Below are positions 40,491 to 52,796 of a DNA stretch of 64,000 nt, one piece after another. How positions within the stretch are numbered: the stretch's first letter is position 1; each line of letters starts with the position of its first letter. The notes below the pieces were generated by a model. It was not told the DNA's origin. It made no database searches and saw only the letters and a list, made by a program, of their open reading frames with translations. This DNA is from Paragordius varius (taxonomy: Eukaryota; Animalia; Nematomorpha). The DNA lies in NCBI GenBank assembly GCA_964247055.1, contig OZ176057.1, positions 186,001-250,000 of the forward strand, written 5' to 3'. The position numbers were made by a program, and so were the translations under genes.

Positions 40491-41836
40491 CATTCATATA
40501 TTATTTACAATTCAATTTCACTCTGAACATATCAAATTGGTCCAAAAAATAAATTTTATGGCTAATATATCATTCATATGAAATATATTTTTTTATGGTA
40601 AAGTTGTATTATATTTTAGGGTGAATATGAATTGTTTGAGGATAAATTTTAATTGTTCGAGGGTGAATATGATTTGTTTAAGGGGGATTTGAAATTGCTC
40701 GAGGGTGAACTCAAATTGTAAATGGTATATTTTGCATAATTTTTAAGCGTGTAAAAAACATTTTTTTGTCATTTATTGCATAAATATATTTGTGTTCTTT
40801 AAAGGTCATCTTTGAATGAGTTTATACTTTAGAATGATAAAAAACTTATCTTAAGAGAACAGACTTGACCCAAGGCTGAAACGCCTTTATCGGTTCGAGC
40901 AGCTCGTTGAAATTTCATGAGAATCGGACAATTACATTCCTCGTAAGAAATCAAATTTGCTTTATAGAGTGCTGAAAATAGTTCTTTTTCTATCGTGGGC
41001 ACATTGTGATTACTACAGTAGTATAAAATATAATATATTTAAATCAATAACTAGAAATATATAAATCAAAAGGAGTAGGAATAATTAGTTTATCTAGTTA
41101 ACTATTTCAACTTTTGATTTATGACTTTAAGGAGATGGCGCCTTCCGCCAAAAAATTTTCTTATTTAATAGAAATATGATTGTAGAAATATAGAGTAAAA
41201 ATTGAAAATAAACATAAATATAAATAATAAAAATCTTTGCTTTTAAACATATTAAAAAATTATTTTTGAAATCAACTACCAAATACATGGGAAAATTTTC
41301 AAAAATTAAACAATGCTAAAATTGATGAAAGAAAATTATAAGTTTTTTCATTTTTACAGCAAATGATTATGAATGCTCATATATTTGTCAAATGAGGCCC
41401 ATGAGGCTTTGTATAGGACAACCCTGGTTTAAATAAAAAAGTATGAACTATAGGTATAAATTGGATATACGATGACATTTTATTAGTTTATGGAAATTAA
41501 GGGTCAAAATATATGATAATCTTTCAAAAAATATCTTTATGTTATTGAATTTTCTTTTTATAGTTTTAAATCTTATGTACATAAAGCGATTATAAAGAAA
41601 ACCATATTTTATTATCCATAAAATAATTATTATAAACTATATATAAATTGGATTATAGATAAAATGTGTTAGAAATTCGAGGAATTCTCCAATAAAACAT
41701 TTGTTAGAGCTTGTTTGACACTTATCAAAAAATATTTTACTATATTTTACATTTGCATTCCATAATAATCAACACCGGAATATGCTAGAAGCAATGCGTG
41801 TTTCTTCTTTTTATATTTATCAGTTTGTGGTTTCAT
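30350..41836 (-). CDS. PUS1: tRNA pseudouridine synthase 1 (TruA family), about 395 aa. Exons 41836-41751, 41012-40850, 39841-39775, 38388-38288, 37776-37740, 37347-37269, 35071-34932, 32858-32743, 32203-32129, 30704-30634, 30602-30350
   Basis: LLAYSGVDYYGMQ, FQRAARTDKGVSALGQVCSLK (catalytic Asp), NLPPHIR, FNSK.SC.HRTY.YLMPT, YEGAHNFHNFT, QGQSFMLHQIRKM, PKCPGLGL and EQHVYSNI. All phases are compatible; the exon 2/3 junction has two possible solutions. Confidence 0.93.
32936..33192. mobile_element. Foldback-like MITE subfamily B (21-bp unit ttcaaattcacccttaaacaa); further copies at 37413-37711, 38009-38233 and about 40500-40727
   Basis: Same TACCATT...AATGGTA termini and TA flanks as subfamily A, but a different 8-bp spacer. 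All of these copies lie in PUS1 introns. Confidence 0.75.
34628..34894. mobile_element. CAGT-ended MITE, cleanest copy. About 25 full or half copies occur in the window (e.g. 14018-14279, 32397-32669, 35612-35880, 44160-44445, 44507-44783, 50912-51140)
   Basis: ta|cagtaaaaactg...cagtttttactg|ta, with ~80-bp TIRs and a shared ~120-bp core. Confidence 0.88.
35135..35450. repeat. 21-bp minisatellite (about 15 units) expanded from a subfamily B arm
   Basis: aacaattcaaattcacccty repeated; explains the spurious RVNLNCL/FKGEFEL ORFs. Confidence 0.9.
39071..39245. mobile_element. Short palindromic TA-flanked MITE; second copy at about 43520-43734
   Basis: cagtgtacat...gtgtatggaaaaaa / ttttttccatacac...atatactg, nearly fully self-complementary. 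Confidence 0.65.
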
Positions 41837-41972
41837 CTTGACATAATTTTAAAATATAACGGAACTTGAGATGGTTGAAATAAATTTTTGAATTTATTGA
41901 TTTCAAATTTTTGAAGCAAATGTTTTAAAGCATTTAACATGAAAAAGTGTTAACAAATGATGCGTTTACAAC
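41837..41972. promoter_or_regulatory. Probable bidirectional promoter shared by PUS1 and WBP4
   Basis: Only 136 nt separate two divergent start codons; no specific motif was identified. Confidence 0.55.
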
Positions 41973-43407
41973 ATGACTGAATTTTGGAAATCAAATCCCA
42001 AAAAATTTTGCGAACTTTGCAAATGCTGGTTTTCAGATAACCCAAATGTATAGACTAATTTTTGATTATTTTAGAGTCTAGCAATTCATGAAAGGGGCCT
42101 CCAACATCAAGATAATCTCAAACGAAAGTTAATTGAATTGAATGAATCCAAAAAAACAAAAGAATCCGAACAGAAGAAATATGCATTGGCCATGAAACAA
42201 ATTGAAGCGGTATTTTTATTTGAATATACTGTAAATAAAGATGTTATACGTTAAGTCTGAAAAACAAATTTTTAAAAGAGAATATTTTGGGTTAATAATT
42301 AAAAAATTTGATAATTGGTAATTTAGATGCATAGAAAAAAACTAGTTCAAAAAGTATTGTTGTCATATCAAAAAATTTGTCTGTTTTTACGTTTTGTCCG
42401 TATAATTTGATTTTTGACTTTCTTATATATGAATAGGCCGCATTAAAAGCTTACAAAAAAGATGTCGAAAAAGAATTGACAGGACAAGACGAAACCCCTG
42501 TGATTGGATGTCAAAATAAAACTGGTAAAAATTTATTCAATAAATTGCTAAGAATATATATTTTATACTCATTATATTATGTGTTTAATTTAAATTTTAC
42601 TGTTTCAAAATGTAATTATAAAAGTTTTAAGCATATTACACTACTAAAAATTGCGATATATAATTAAAAGACCACCTTACTTTATTAAACTTGGAACCAC
42701 ATCGAAAATATTTCTATTAGTTTTTACGTTTGTCTGTCATATTTTAATTTGCATAAATACCATTAACTCCTTTCATCATTTCACATCGTATATTTCATTT
42801 ATGGTTCCATATTTATTTTTAGATAAATAAAAAAACTTTATTTTTTAGTCAACAAAAATATTTTTTATTTACAGTCAAAATTATTTACGCTCAAAAACGT
42901 AAAAATGCACATAAAAATAAAAAGTTTTTCTTAAAAAACAACCAGTTTTTTGAAACCTTATTTTTTAAAGTGAAATGATTTTAACTACTTCTCTGATTTA
43001 TACTTTGCGTTAAACAAGGAGTTATATTCTAAAAAATCAAGTTTTAAATATAGGGTGTCTTTTATAAAAAATATTTGTTTTTTATTTTTTGTTTTTTGAG
43101 GTCCACAAATCATTTTAATTAGATGAGTATTATTGTACTTTGAGAGTTTATATAACCTGATAATAACTTATAATTTTTTTAATTTTTTGATTAATTACCA
43201 TATTTTAGAAAACAGCCAAGATAATAATATAAGGGTTGAAACAATCCCTAAAGAACAGGTTGAAGGCGAAACTAAAAAATCTAAAAAGGCTAAAAAGAAC
43301 ACAAAATTCCTGGCTTCACAACTTCCAAATGAATTGGTATCTCATTCCTCGTGGATCGGTCAGTGGACTTGTGTTAAAAAGTTTTTTATATTTTTTTAAA
43401 AAGTCGA

Positions 43408-43447
<40 letters not shown>

Positions 43448-45180
43448 TAAAATTATTGTAAATTTCAAGTGTGCAAGGGTGAATTTGAATTGGTTAAAAA
43501 TATATTTGAACTGTAAATGGTGTATTTAAAATTTTAATGGTTGCTTATTTCACACTCTAGTTGAGCAATTCGTAACGCAGTGGTGTATGGAAAAAAACAG
43601 CAAAGAAAATATTTCCTTTTTTACATTACTTTGCTTATTTTTCAATATTTTGTTGTTTTTTTCCATACACTACTGTTTACGAATCGTTGTTCAACTATAA
43701 TTTGAAATAAGCAACCATTAAAATATGCATACTGTATATATATCTGAACTTTTAATAAAACAGTTTATAAAGAAAAAATTAAGGTTATATTGCCTTATGT
43801 TTTTACGTTAAGATTTATTGTATTACATATATACAGTGGAAACATTTATGTTGACCAATTGGCAATACATTAGCGTATTGATAGAAACAAAAAATGGTTG
43901 AAATTAAATATTCCTCCCTTCGTATAATTAAATTTGTTTATTAAATTGACAAAATTTGTTTTATTATATATGCTACTGTATTAACAACTTGCCAATATTA
44001 ATGTGTGTAATTTATTAAAAGTTCAATAACTATTTAGGTTATTATATAAAGGAATTGATCATAAATTAGTAGCATTTCGATTATAAATTTTAGAATTGTA
44101 ACATTTTGGTTATATGGAAAAAATTTAGGCTTAAAACAGTATTGCTGTTTTTATTTTTACCATACAATAAAAAATATAATTATACGAATAAACGTAAAAA
44201 TATAAAGACTAATATCATTTTCAAAAGACAACATGCTTTAAAATTTATTTTTTCATATATAAACTAAATTAAATTTTTTGATAATTGATTGTGTTATTAA
44301 TATTTTTCTCTTTTACATTTACAATTTCAAACATAATAAGTATTAAATAAATCACATGATTTAAAAAGTGTGGTTGTCTTTTAGGGAAAAAATATTTGTC
44401 TTTATATTTTTACGTTTTGTCCGTATATTTTTAAATATTACTGTATTATTCGGAGAACCAAATCATTATATTGGTTTTTAAAACATATAGATTGCGAATT
44501 TTTATGCAGTAAAAATTGAAATTATACGGACAAAACGTAACAAAGACAAATATTTTTTTCTTAAAGACAACCCCATACTTTTTTAAACCTTAATGTTTCC
44601 CATATAAGTTACTTAGTTACATTTGTGAAATATAGAATTAATTGTTATATATCTCTCACACTTGGCCGTTTAAAACAATGAGTTATATTGAAACAAATTA
44701 AGATTTTAAAAGTATGGTGTTGTCTTTTAGAAAAAAATATTTGTCTTTATATTTTTACGTTTTGTCCGTATAATCTCAGTATTTATTTAAATTTATTAAC
44801 ACAAAATGCCTCAAAAAAATTATTTGCATTTTAAAAAAAGAACCGAAAAAGTCATGCCAGTAGTCCCCAGATCAGCTGAGGAAGCGATTTTAGATTTGGG
44901 ATTGCCGCCCAAATATGTTGACAAAAAACGACAAATTTTCCAAGCTGTCATAAATGCTCATCATCGCACAGAAAATTCTACAACATCAGAACAACAAGAA
45001 ATTACAACAGATGATAATGGATTTTTCGCAACAAAAACCATTTCGCCCCAAAATATAAATATAAATTCATCCAATAATAAAAGGTATCTCGAAGACACAC
45101 AAGAAAGCTCAACAGATAAAATATTTTTTAAGAAAAAAACAACGACAAAATGTTCACGTTCGACACGGATAGGCAATTGA
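41973..45180 (+). CDS. WBP4: WW domain-binding protein 4 / FBP21-like spliceosomal protein, 269 aa. Exons 41973-42047, 42075-42209, 42437-42524, 43209-43380, 44841-45180
   Basis: MTEFWKSNPKKFCELCKCWFSDNPNSLAIHERGLQHQ (matrin-type zinc finger), EAAALKAY, GQW, LDLGLP and C-terminal FKKK...SRSTR are colinear with WBP4. No WW domain is present in this model. Confidence 0.85.
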
Positions 45181-45231
45181 ATATATCGCTATATAAATGT
45201 ATATACAAATAAATAAATATTTATTATTACA

Positions 45232-45518
45232 TTAATCTTTTTTAACGGCTTTTTCAGATTCTTGAGTTCTTATAATAGTTTGAATACTTTCTGCCCCGTC
45301 ATCCTTAAACGCCTGATAAATATAAACGGCCAAAACAATATGAACGGCTAAGACAGCAGCAAAAGCTGATATAATATTTGTGTTGTAATGAGTATAATCT
45401 ATAAATTACAACCATAGAAATTACTTGTGCATATGTATTGTGTGACGAAAAAAACATATAAAGGCATCAAAATTAAAATCAAACTGTAAATAAGGAGTGT
45501 TTTAATTGCTTTGTTCAT
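45232..45518 (-). CDS. VMA21: V-ATPase assembly factor VMA21, about 86 aa. Exons 45518-45425 and 45398-45232 (absent from the ORF track)
   Basis: KTLLIYSLILILMPLYVFF, SAFAAVLAVHIVLAVYIYQAF and a C-terminal KKD* ER-retrieval-like end; 26-nt GT-AG intron. The start could lie further upstream (ATG at 45573). Confidence 0.85.
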
Positions 45519-45624
45519 CAAGGAGTATCCAGAAAAAATATTTGTTTTTTATTTCAATACGTTCATATGACATGTGTTAGTATTAATAATTTTATCTTTG
45601 GTTTATGATTTAGATATATCTAAA

Positions 45625-48600
45625 TTAATTATATGCATTGATAAACTTGAACAGTAAAACAGAAATTAAAGATGCAATGATTTGAGAAACATAATACACA
45701 TATTGTCCTTGAAAAACTTTCCAATCTTGTTGAACGATGGCATAAACGACGGATGGCCCAAGGACTCTAAATGGGTTTATTCCGGGCCCACTTACTGAAC
45801 CTCTACATTTAAATATATTTTGTAACAAAAAAATACCCAACTAAGATTGCTAACAACAGCGTTAATCCAATAATAACGGGTTTGAGATGGGATGGAATTA
45901 CACATTTTGGTTCCTCAATCTCGTTTAAGTCATCAACTTTATCTAATGTTAAAACATAAAAATTGGAAATATTATGATTTAAATTCGAATGGCTACCCTA
46001 AGCCTATAAATTAAATATATTAAATTTTTAACCTATAAATTTATGTTTTTCTCGTCAAAAATCTAGGGTTGATAAAAACAAGAAAAAAAAATATTTTACA
46101 AATCTTACTTAAATTAATGTAATAAAAACAAGTAAAATTTCTTTGTATAGGATAGAACTTAGATATAACAAACCTCGAACCATTTCCTACCTTAAGCTTT
46201 CCTGTTTTTATGGTTATTTTATAAAAAAACTTAAGCGTTTTGTTATTTTATCCTCTGAGTAATAAAGTTCTTTTATGTCCTAAAAAAGTATTTCTTCTGT
46301 TTTATTTAGAAACCTTTTAGAACATTATCGTGTTTTTATTTCACGGCTAAATGAGTATAAATATATATTAAAAATTATATGGTATTTTAAAAAATGGATC
46401 AAGAGTATGGTGCCTGTGATTTTGCGCCTTAAATGTTAACTTCAAATTATAAATGTTCTATTAGCACCTCTATATAAATTGAGGTATATAAATACCCCAG
46501 GTGATATTCATTTGATATTTTTAAAATACTGAAAGAAACGTACTTAATTTAAATTTATGCTTCTATCCTCAAAAAAACTATATAAATAAGTCAAACCATC
46601 TTAATAACATTTAGTTTAAAAGAAAAATTCCATAGCGAAAGACTTGGCCTATTTTATTTTACAACATTTTTGCAAAATATCGTGTTTATATAATTAGCTA
46701 ATTTTTCTTTTAAATCATATCGAACATTGGTGGAAAAAAAATGGTTTATTTTGTATTTTTCCTATATAGCTAATGCACACATGTCAGGTAATTTTTCCAT
46801 TGGGTTGTGCCTTTAAATGAGTAATATCAAGTATTTTTTAATGGATTTTTTAATATTTCGAACAATGTTATATAGTGCAAAATTTTGTCATGGTTTCAAT
46901 TCCTTACATATCTTTTAAATTATTTCAATTAAAAAAGGCCTGGGGTATCCAACTACCCCAGAATCGAAGGACTAAACTAAATGTGTTGTCTAAGTATTAA
47001 AATAAAATATCTGAGGTGATAGAAAAAGTATTTGTTAATTATCTGGAAATGTTTTTATACCATTTCACCATGTAATAAGTACCATAAAATTCGTTTAACC
47101 AAAATTTTGCTAGAATTCATTATTTTTTCATTTCGAAAAAAAATTAATGTCGAAATTTAGTTTGAAAATTATCGACCAACATTTTCGTTTTTATAAAACT
47201 ACCATTGAAGGGGCAAAAATTTCAGACTTTTGGAAACATGTAAAAACTACCATATATTTTCCTTTTAATTATAGATTATAATGTATTTTAATAATTTTGT
47301 AACTTTCACCAAAAACTGCCCAAATTTCGCTATGGATCATTTAGATAATTGCCCTAACTATATATCAATTGTGCCCAAACAAAACCATCATAAGAATTCT
47401 GCTGATTTTATTTAACGGAATATCACATATTTTAGCAAAATTTATTATACCCCTTCTAATTAAGTCTTGTCTTATTTGGAAACCTTTTGTATTTGTAAAA
47501 AATATTTATAGTTTTGTAACTTGTCTAAAATTCAATAGCATATTAGCCCGATTAAACAACTGGTAAAAAAAATAATCTTAGGTTTGTTCTTAAAATATAA
47601 AATCATTATATAATTATTAAAATTAAATTTTTGCTTAATCCTAGTAAAAAATAAATAATAATTTTGGTGGCATATAGATGTGGATATTTCCAATTATTCA
47701 AATAATTATAAATACGGTGTCTAATACAATACATATAATTAAGTTGCGATTTTTCTAATGAGACCCTATTAGGTAAACAAATGTTATTTAAATAAATTAT
47801 GTATATATTATTAATTTGGATTTGTTCTTTTTAGAATTTTACAATCCAAATAAATATCGATTACATTAAAATATCAAATTATACAGACAAACAGTAAAAA
47901 CTAAAACAAAAATATTTATTAAAATAGTTACTCCTTACACAAAATATATAACTAAATTTTTCAAATTGAGTTTAAAAAATTTCTATCTTATTTTTATGCC
48001 CAAACGATAAGAAAATAAAATCGTTTTGTACAAAAAATATTTGTCTCTTAGGTTTTACAATTTGTCTGTTAATTTCAATTTCTACTCAATATCAATTTTT
48101 GTTTGAACCAGTTAATAAGATAAATTAATTGTAGTTTTACCTTGTGAGTTTTGAACTTCAAGGTTATTTGTTGACGGAGCGTTGGGAATTTCTGTGATAG
48201 CATTAGGTTTAGGAGTATACTTGGATATTTGACAAAATTTAGATGACTGTCCATTCGTACTTTTGGGATTTTTGTTCGCCACAGCAAATAAAATAACAAA
48301 AAGGAAAAAGGTTGTCACAAATGTTTCACAAATCAGGACTTGATAGGGTTTATTCTTGGTTTGGATCATTGAGCCATGGATACTTTTATAATTTTCGTAA
48401 CTAACAGTTAACTATATCACGTATATTTATGTATATACAATATATGTATATATATATAGATATATGCACAAAACATATGCAGAAAAATCGTAGTTATACA
48501 GAAAACCTAAAGTTTTGTTAAAAAATTTTTGTCTTCATATTTCATTTTGTCGTTATAATTATAATAAAACTAGATGATTATATATATTTTTATATAAGTA

Positions 48601-51600
48601 CCATATTTTTTAAAACCTTGGATAATATTCCTGTTACTAAGCGTTTAGTTTCCAATATAACCATTTTAATTATATAAATTAAAAAGATTGGGTACTATAA
48701 AATTACAATATATATATATATATATATATATACAGTAAAAACTATATGGACAAAACCTAAAAAAATAAAGACAAATATTTTTTTGCAAAACCATACTGTT
48801 AAAGTCCATATATATCATTGTTTTAAATAATAAAGTGTGAAATAGAGATATATAATACGAACTAGGGTTGTGTTGACTGACCGGGTCATAACCAGGTCAG
48901 TGACTATTTTTTTGACCATGGTCATTTTAAAAAACGCCTGTTTTTTAAAAAATTGCTGGTAATTTTTTTGGAAGAGGAATAGTAAAATATTATTGTTTTT
49001 TCATAATTTCTTTTAAAAAATATAAATTATATGCTTATTTATTGTTTTAAGCATATGCATCGTTATAACATTAGCATGTAAGCATATCCAGTTATTTCGA
49101 ATAATCTAACAATCAAGCACTTTGCAAAATATGGAATTATTTATATATGTCAACCAATAAAATGAAAACATTTTATAATTGGATATTATAATAATTTTAG
49201 AAAGTTAATAACAAACTAGGTAAAATTTTATTTGAAATATCAAGCATTAAAAGCTAAGTATTTGAAATTATAGAAGGCCACAACATGTGGCAAAATTTAT
49301 TTAAAAACAAAATTCCTGATTAAATTTGATTGAAAATATAAAAAAATATATAATATAAACTTTAAGAAAAAACATGACACAATTAGTGAAATGCAAATGT
49401 AATTCCAACATTATTTTCACGATCCAATATCGCATGATACTTAAATAAAAAGTGAATATGAATACGGTGACATGGGAAATATTTATGTTTTAAAAAGTAT
49501 GGTTGTCTTTTAAATAAAAATATTTGTCTTTATATTTTCACTTTTTGTCCTTATAATTATTTTTACTGTATAAAAAATTTTATTGTAATATGCATGAATG
49601 CAATTTTTTAAAATATTGTTTATATTTTTGTTAAAAAATTTTAATAAATAAATGGCTTATGGATAATAAATACTTTCCCGATTTCCGTATCAAAATACAG
49701 TAAAAATTGAAATTATACGAACAAAACATAATATGAAGACACATAAATTTTTCAAATAAAACCCTTTTTTTTCTACCCTAATTTTTCTTATAAAAAGGTA
49801 TGGTTGATTTTAAAAAAATATTTGTCTTTATAATTTTGCGCTTTGTCCGTATAATTTTTAAATCAGAAACGGAATTGCGCTAATAACTGATAATCAAAAT
49901 ATGAAAAAACATTTTAAGACATAATATAATCTTGAAAACTTGGTATTAGAAAACACAGTATTATTGCGAAAAAACCTCAAAATATCTAAAGTAAAAATTC
50001 AAGTTTTTAGGGAATATTTATTAAAAACCCATTTAACCATACCGGGTCGATAATTTATTATAGCCTTAATGGTGAGATTAATTAAGATAATGTTTAAGAT
50101 ATATGCCTCTGAATTAAATGTATGGTTCTATGAAAAAAATATATGGTTTACTCTCTAAGCAGCAGTATTCAAAATAGACTTTTTATATAATTTAAACTTA
50201 TTTTTACATATTGTGTGTTGCCTGATAAAATATAATGTTCAATACACACAAAATATAAAAATAATTTTTTCACAGACAACCATACTTTTTAGACTCGATT
50301 TAATCTAAAGTTAACATGATCATATATTTATGATTGTAATTAAATAATCTGTATATGATTGTTTTAAAATATTGTGGTTTAAAAAAAAAATATTTGTCTT
50401 ATAATTTTACGCTTTGTCTGTATTATTAATTCTTTTTATGCCTTCCATACTCAAACCGCGGCTATAAAAGGGCTTTTTTATGCCGCTAAATTATTTATTA
50501 AATTATTTCATGTACTTATTTAAAGTTATAAATATAAGTATGTTAAACAGCTATTACAGTAGTCGGCACTTGAGATAAGATAAATATTTTTACAGCACTT
50601 GTTTAAAATTTTTTTTGGAGAAAACCCCTGATAAAGACTAAAAATATATCATAAACCTTTTTTTAAAAAATATATATATACATAAAATAGGCCTGAGCCA
50701 GCAATAGATCCCAAGCATTGGACAATGATATATAAGATGGCTTTTGAGATTGAAATGGATCCACACATCAAGAGAGTTACAGTTACAGCTGGGTTCACAT
50801 GACAACCGCTAAAGACAATACATTGACATAAATAATAGCAGATTAGAGTTAAAAGTTAAATAACTTTGCCAAAATATTTATAAAAAGTAAATTTTAAAGC
50901 AAGACATAATCACAGTAAAAATTAAAATTATACGGACAAAACGTATAAATATAAAAACAAATATTTTTTTCTAAAAGTCAACCATACTTTATAAATTTTA
51001 AATATAACTCATTGTTTAAAGGCAGAGTATGAGATAGTGATGTATAGCCAATTAATTATGTACTTTACTCATACTAAATAGTTTTTAAGGAAAATGTCTT
51101 TTAAAGCTATTTTTCTTTATATTTTTACCTTTTGTCCATATGAGTTTAATTTTTATTGTAATTTATATAACATTTTTATATATAAATTATATCGAAACTA
51201 GAGGAAGGTGTCTCTATAAGAAACATAGCTATTTTATGCTTAATAATTCGGGCTATGTAATAACATACAAAAATTTACTTAAAGAATCTCACGTATTGGT
51301 ATTTATAAGTTTAATATTTACTGTTGATATAATATCATATTTTTAGAATTAGCTATTTTATGATTAATTTTTGAATTCGTGCTATAGTAACAACATCAAA
51401 TAATAATTAACTCAAAGAAATCATATTTTTATTCTTTTTGTATTTGATAAACTGATTTTATTTTGTCCACGATATTCATTTTGGAGTATACCTTAAATAG
51501 ACATGTTAATAAACACTGTTTTAGATTTGTTTTGAGAAAAATTAATTATTCAACATAGTTTTTTAAAATAAATATTATAGCGATTTTTAATAGTTCAATA

Positions 51601-52796
51601 ATCCAAAATTGTGATAAGCCCAAAATTGAATTCAAACAAACAGTTGATTTTAAAATAAAAATAATTGAAATCTGTTATTAAAATGTGATTTTGATGCTTT
51701 CATATATATTAATTTTTGCCTGTTGTATATAAGCGTTTTTTAAGAAATCCAAAGTATATGGCGCTTTAATGGATTGAGTTTTTTTTCATTTTACAAATCA
51801 TATACCAAATCTAAATGCATTTATATTTGTTTAATACCTGTTTATTTTGTATAACATTTAAATATCTGGGGTAAAAACTACCCCAAAATCTTGTGGTTTA
51901 TGCAAATATAGATTATAATTAAAAGAATCCGTAGGCGATAGGATAAAATTTCTATATATTAAAATATTAAATTTGTAATTTTGTTGGTAAAATTATTTTT
52001 TCGAAAACTAGGTGTGGCTAAAAAAGTTTAAGTTGTAAATCGATGGAACTTTAAACGTTTTTCCAATCAAATACACATGTTGTAAATAACGGGAGTATAT
52101 AGGAAACAAAAACATATTTTATTATTTGACAGTGATTCTTTTGAGGCTGACACTTTTTGAAATATAATTTTAAAAAAATATGCAACTGATCGCCGCATTA
52201 GTATCGGGGGCTATATTCATAAGGATAACTTTTTTAAACAACTATTTTTTTATATTATTTCTTTCTTAAATCAATTATTATAAAATTTCTAATAATTTCA
52301 GAGATCACGAGCTGAATATATACAGTAAAAAGCGAAATTATGCACTAACTTAAAACTAAAGTAAAACTATTATAAAAATCAAATATTTAAATTTCCTTTA
52401 GTTTTGGAAAATACGTATTTCTGTTTTCTAACCTAAGATAATTAATAATAATTTAACCAATTAAAAAAGTTTAACAGTCATTTATTTGTTCTACCTGATT
52501 TAAAATTAGCATGAAATAATAGCTAACCTGGTATGTCCAAATACAAAAATGAGGATTGTGAGTGTAATGCTCGGTGTTAAAGCTGCCCGCAAAACATTTA
52601 ACCCATTTTGCGATTCCAGAGTAGCGAAGTAAATGAGTATTAAGGTTCCAAGGAATTCCACAAACAGAGCTTTAAACGAAGTTGCCAAAACATTCACGAT
52701 GACGGTCGGTCGTCTTCGGAACGAAAACGATCGGAATTCAATCGTAGTAGTAGGGCGATTGATAAATTTTGGATTTTCTATTTCAACAACACTCAT
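45625..52796 (-). CDS. Aquaporin (MIP family), about 316 aa. Exons 52796-52528, 50808-50682, 48411-48141, 45942-45837, 45802-45625
   Basis: ALFVEFLGT (TM1), GHTSGCHVNPAVT (NPA1), ETFVTTFFLFVI (TM4), PVIIGLTL (TM5) and GPGINPFRVLGP (loop E). GT-AG phases are consistent. Confidence 0.9.
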
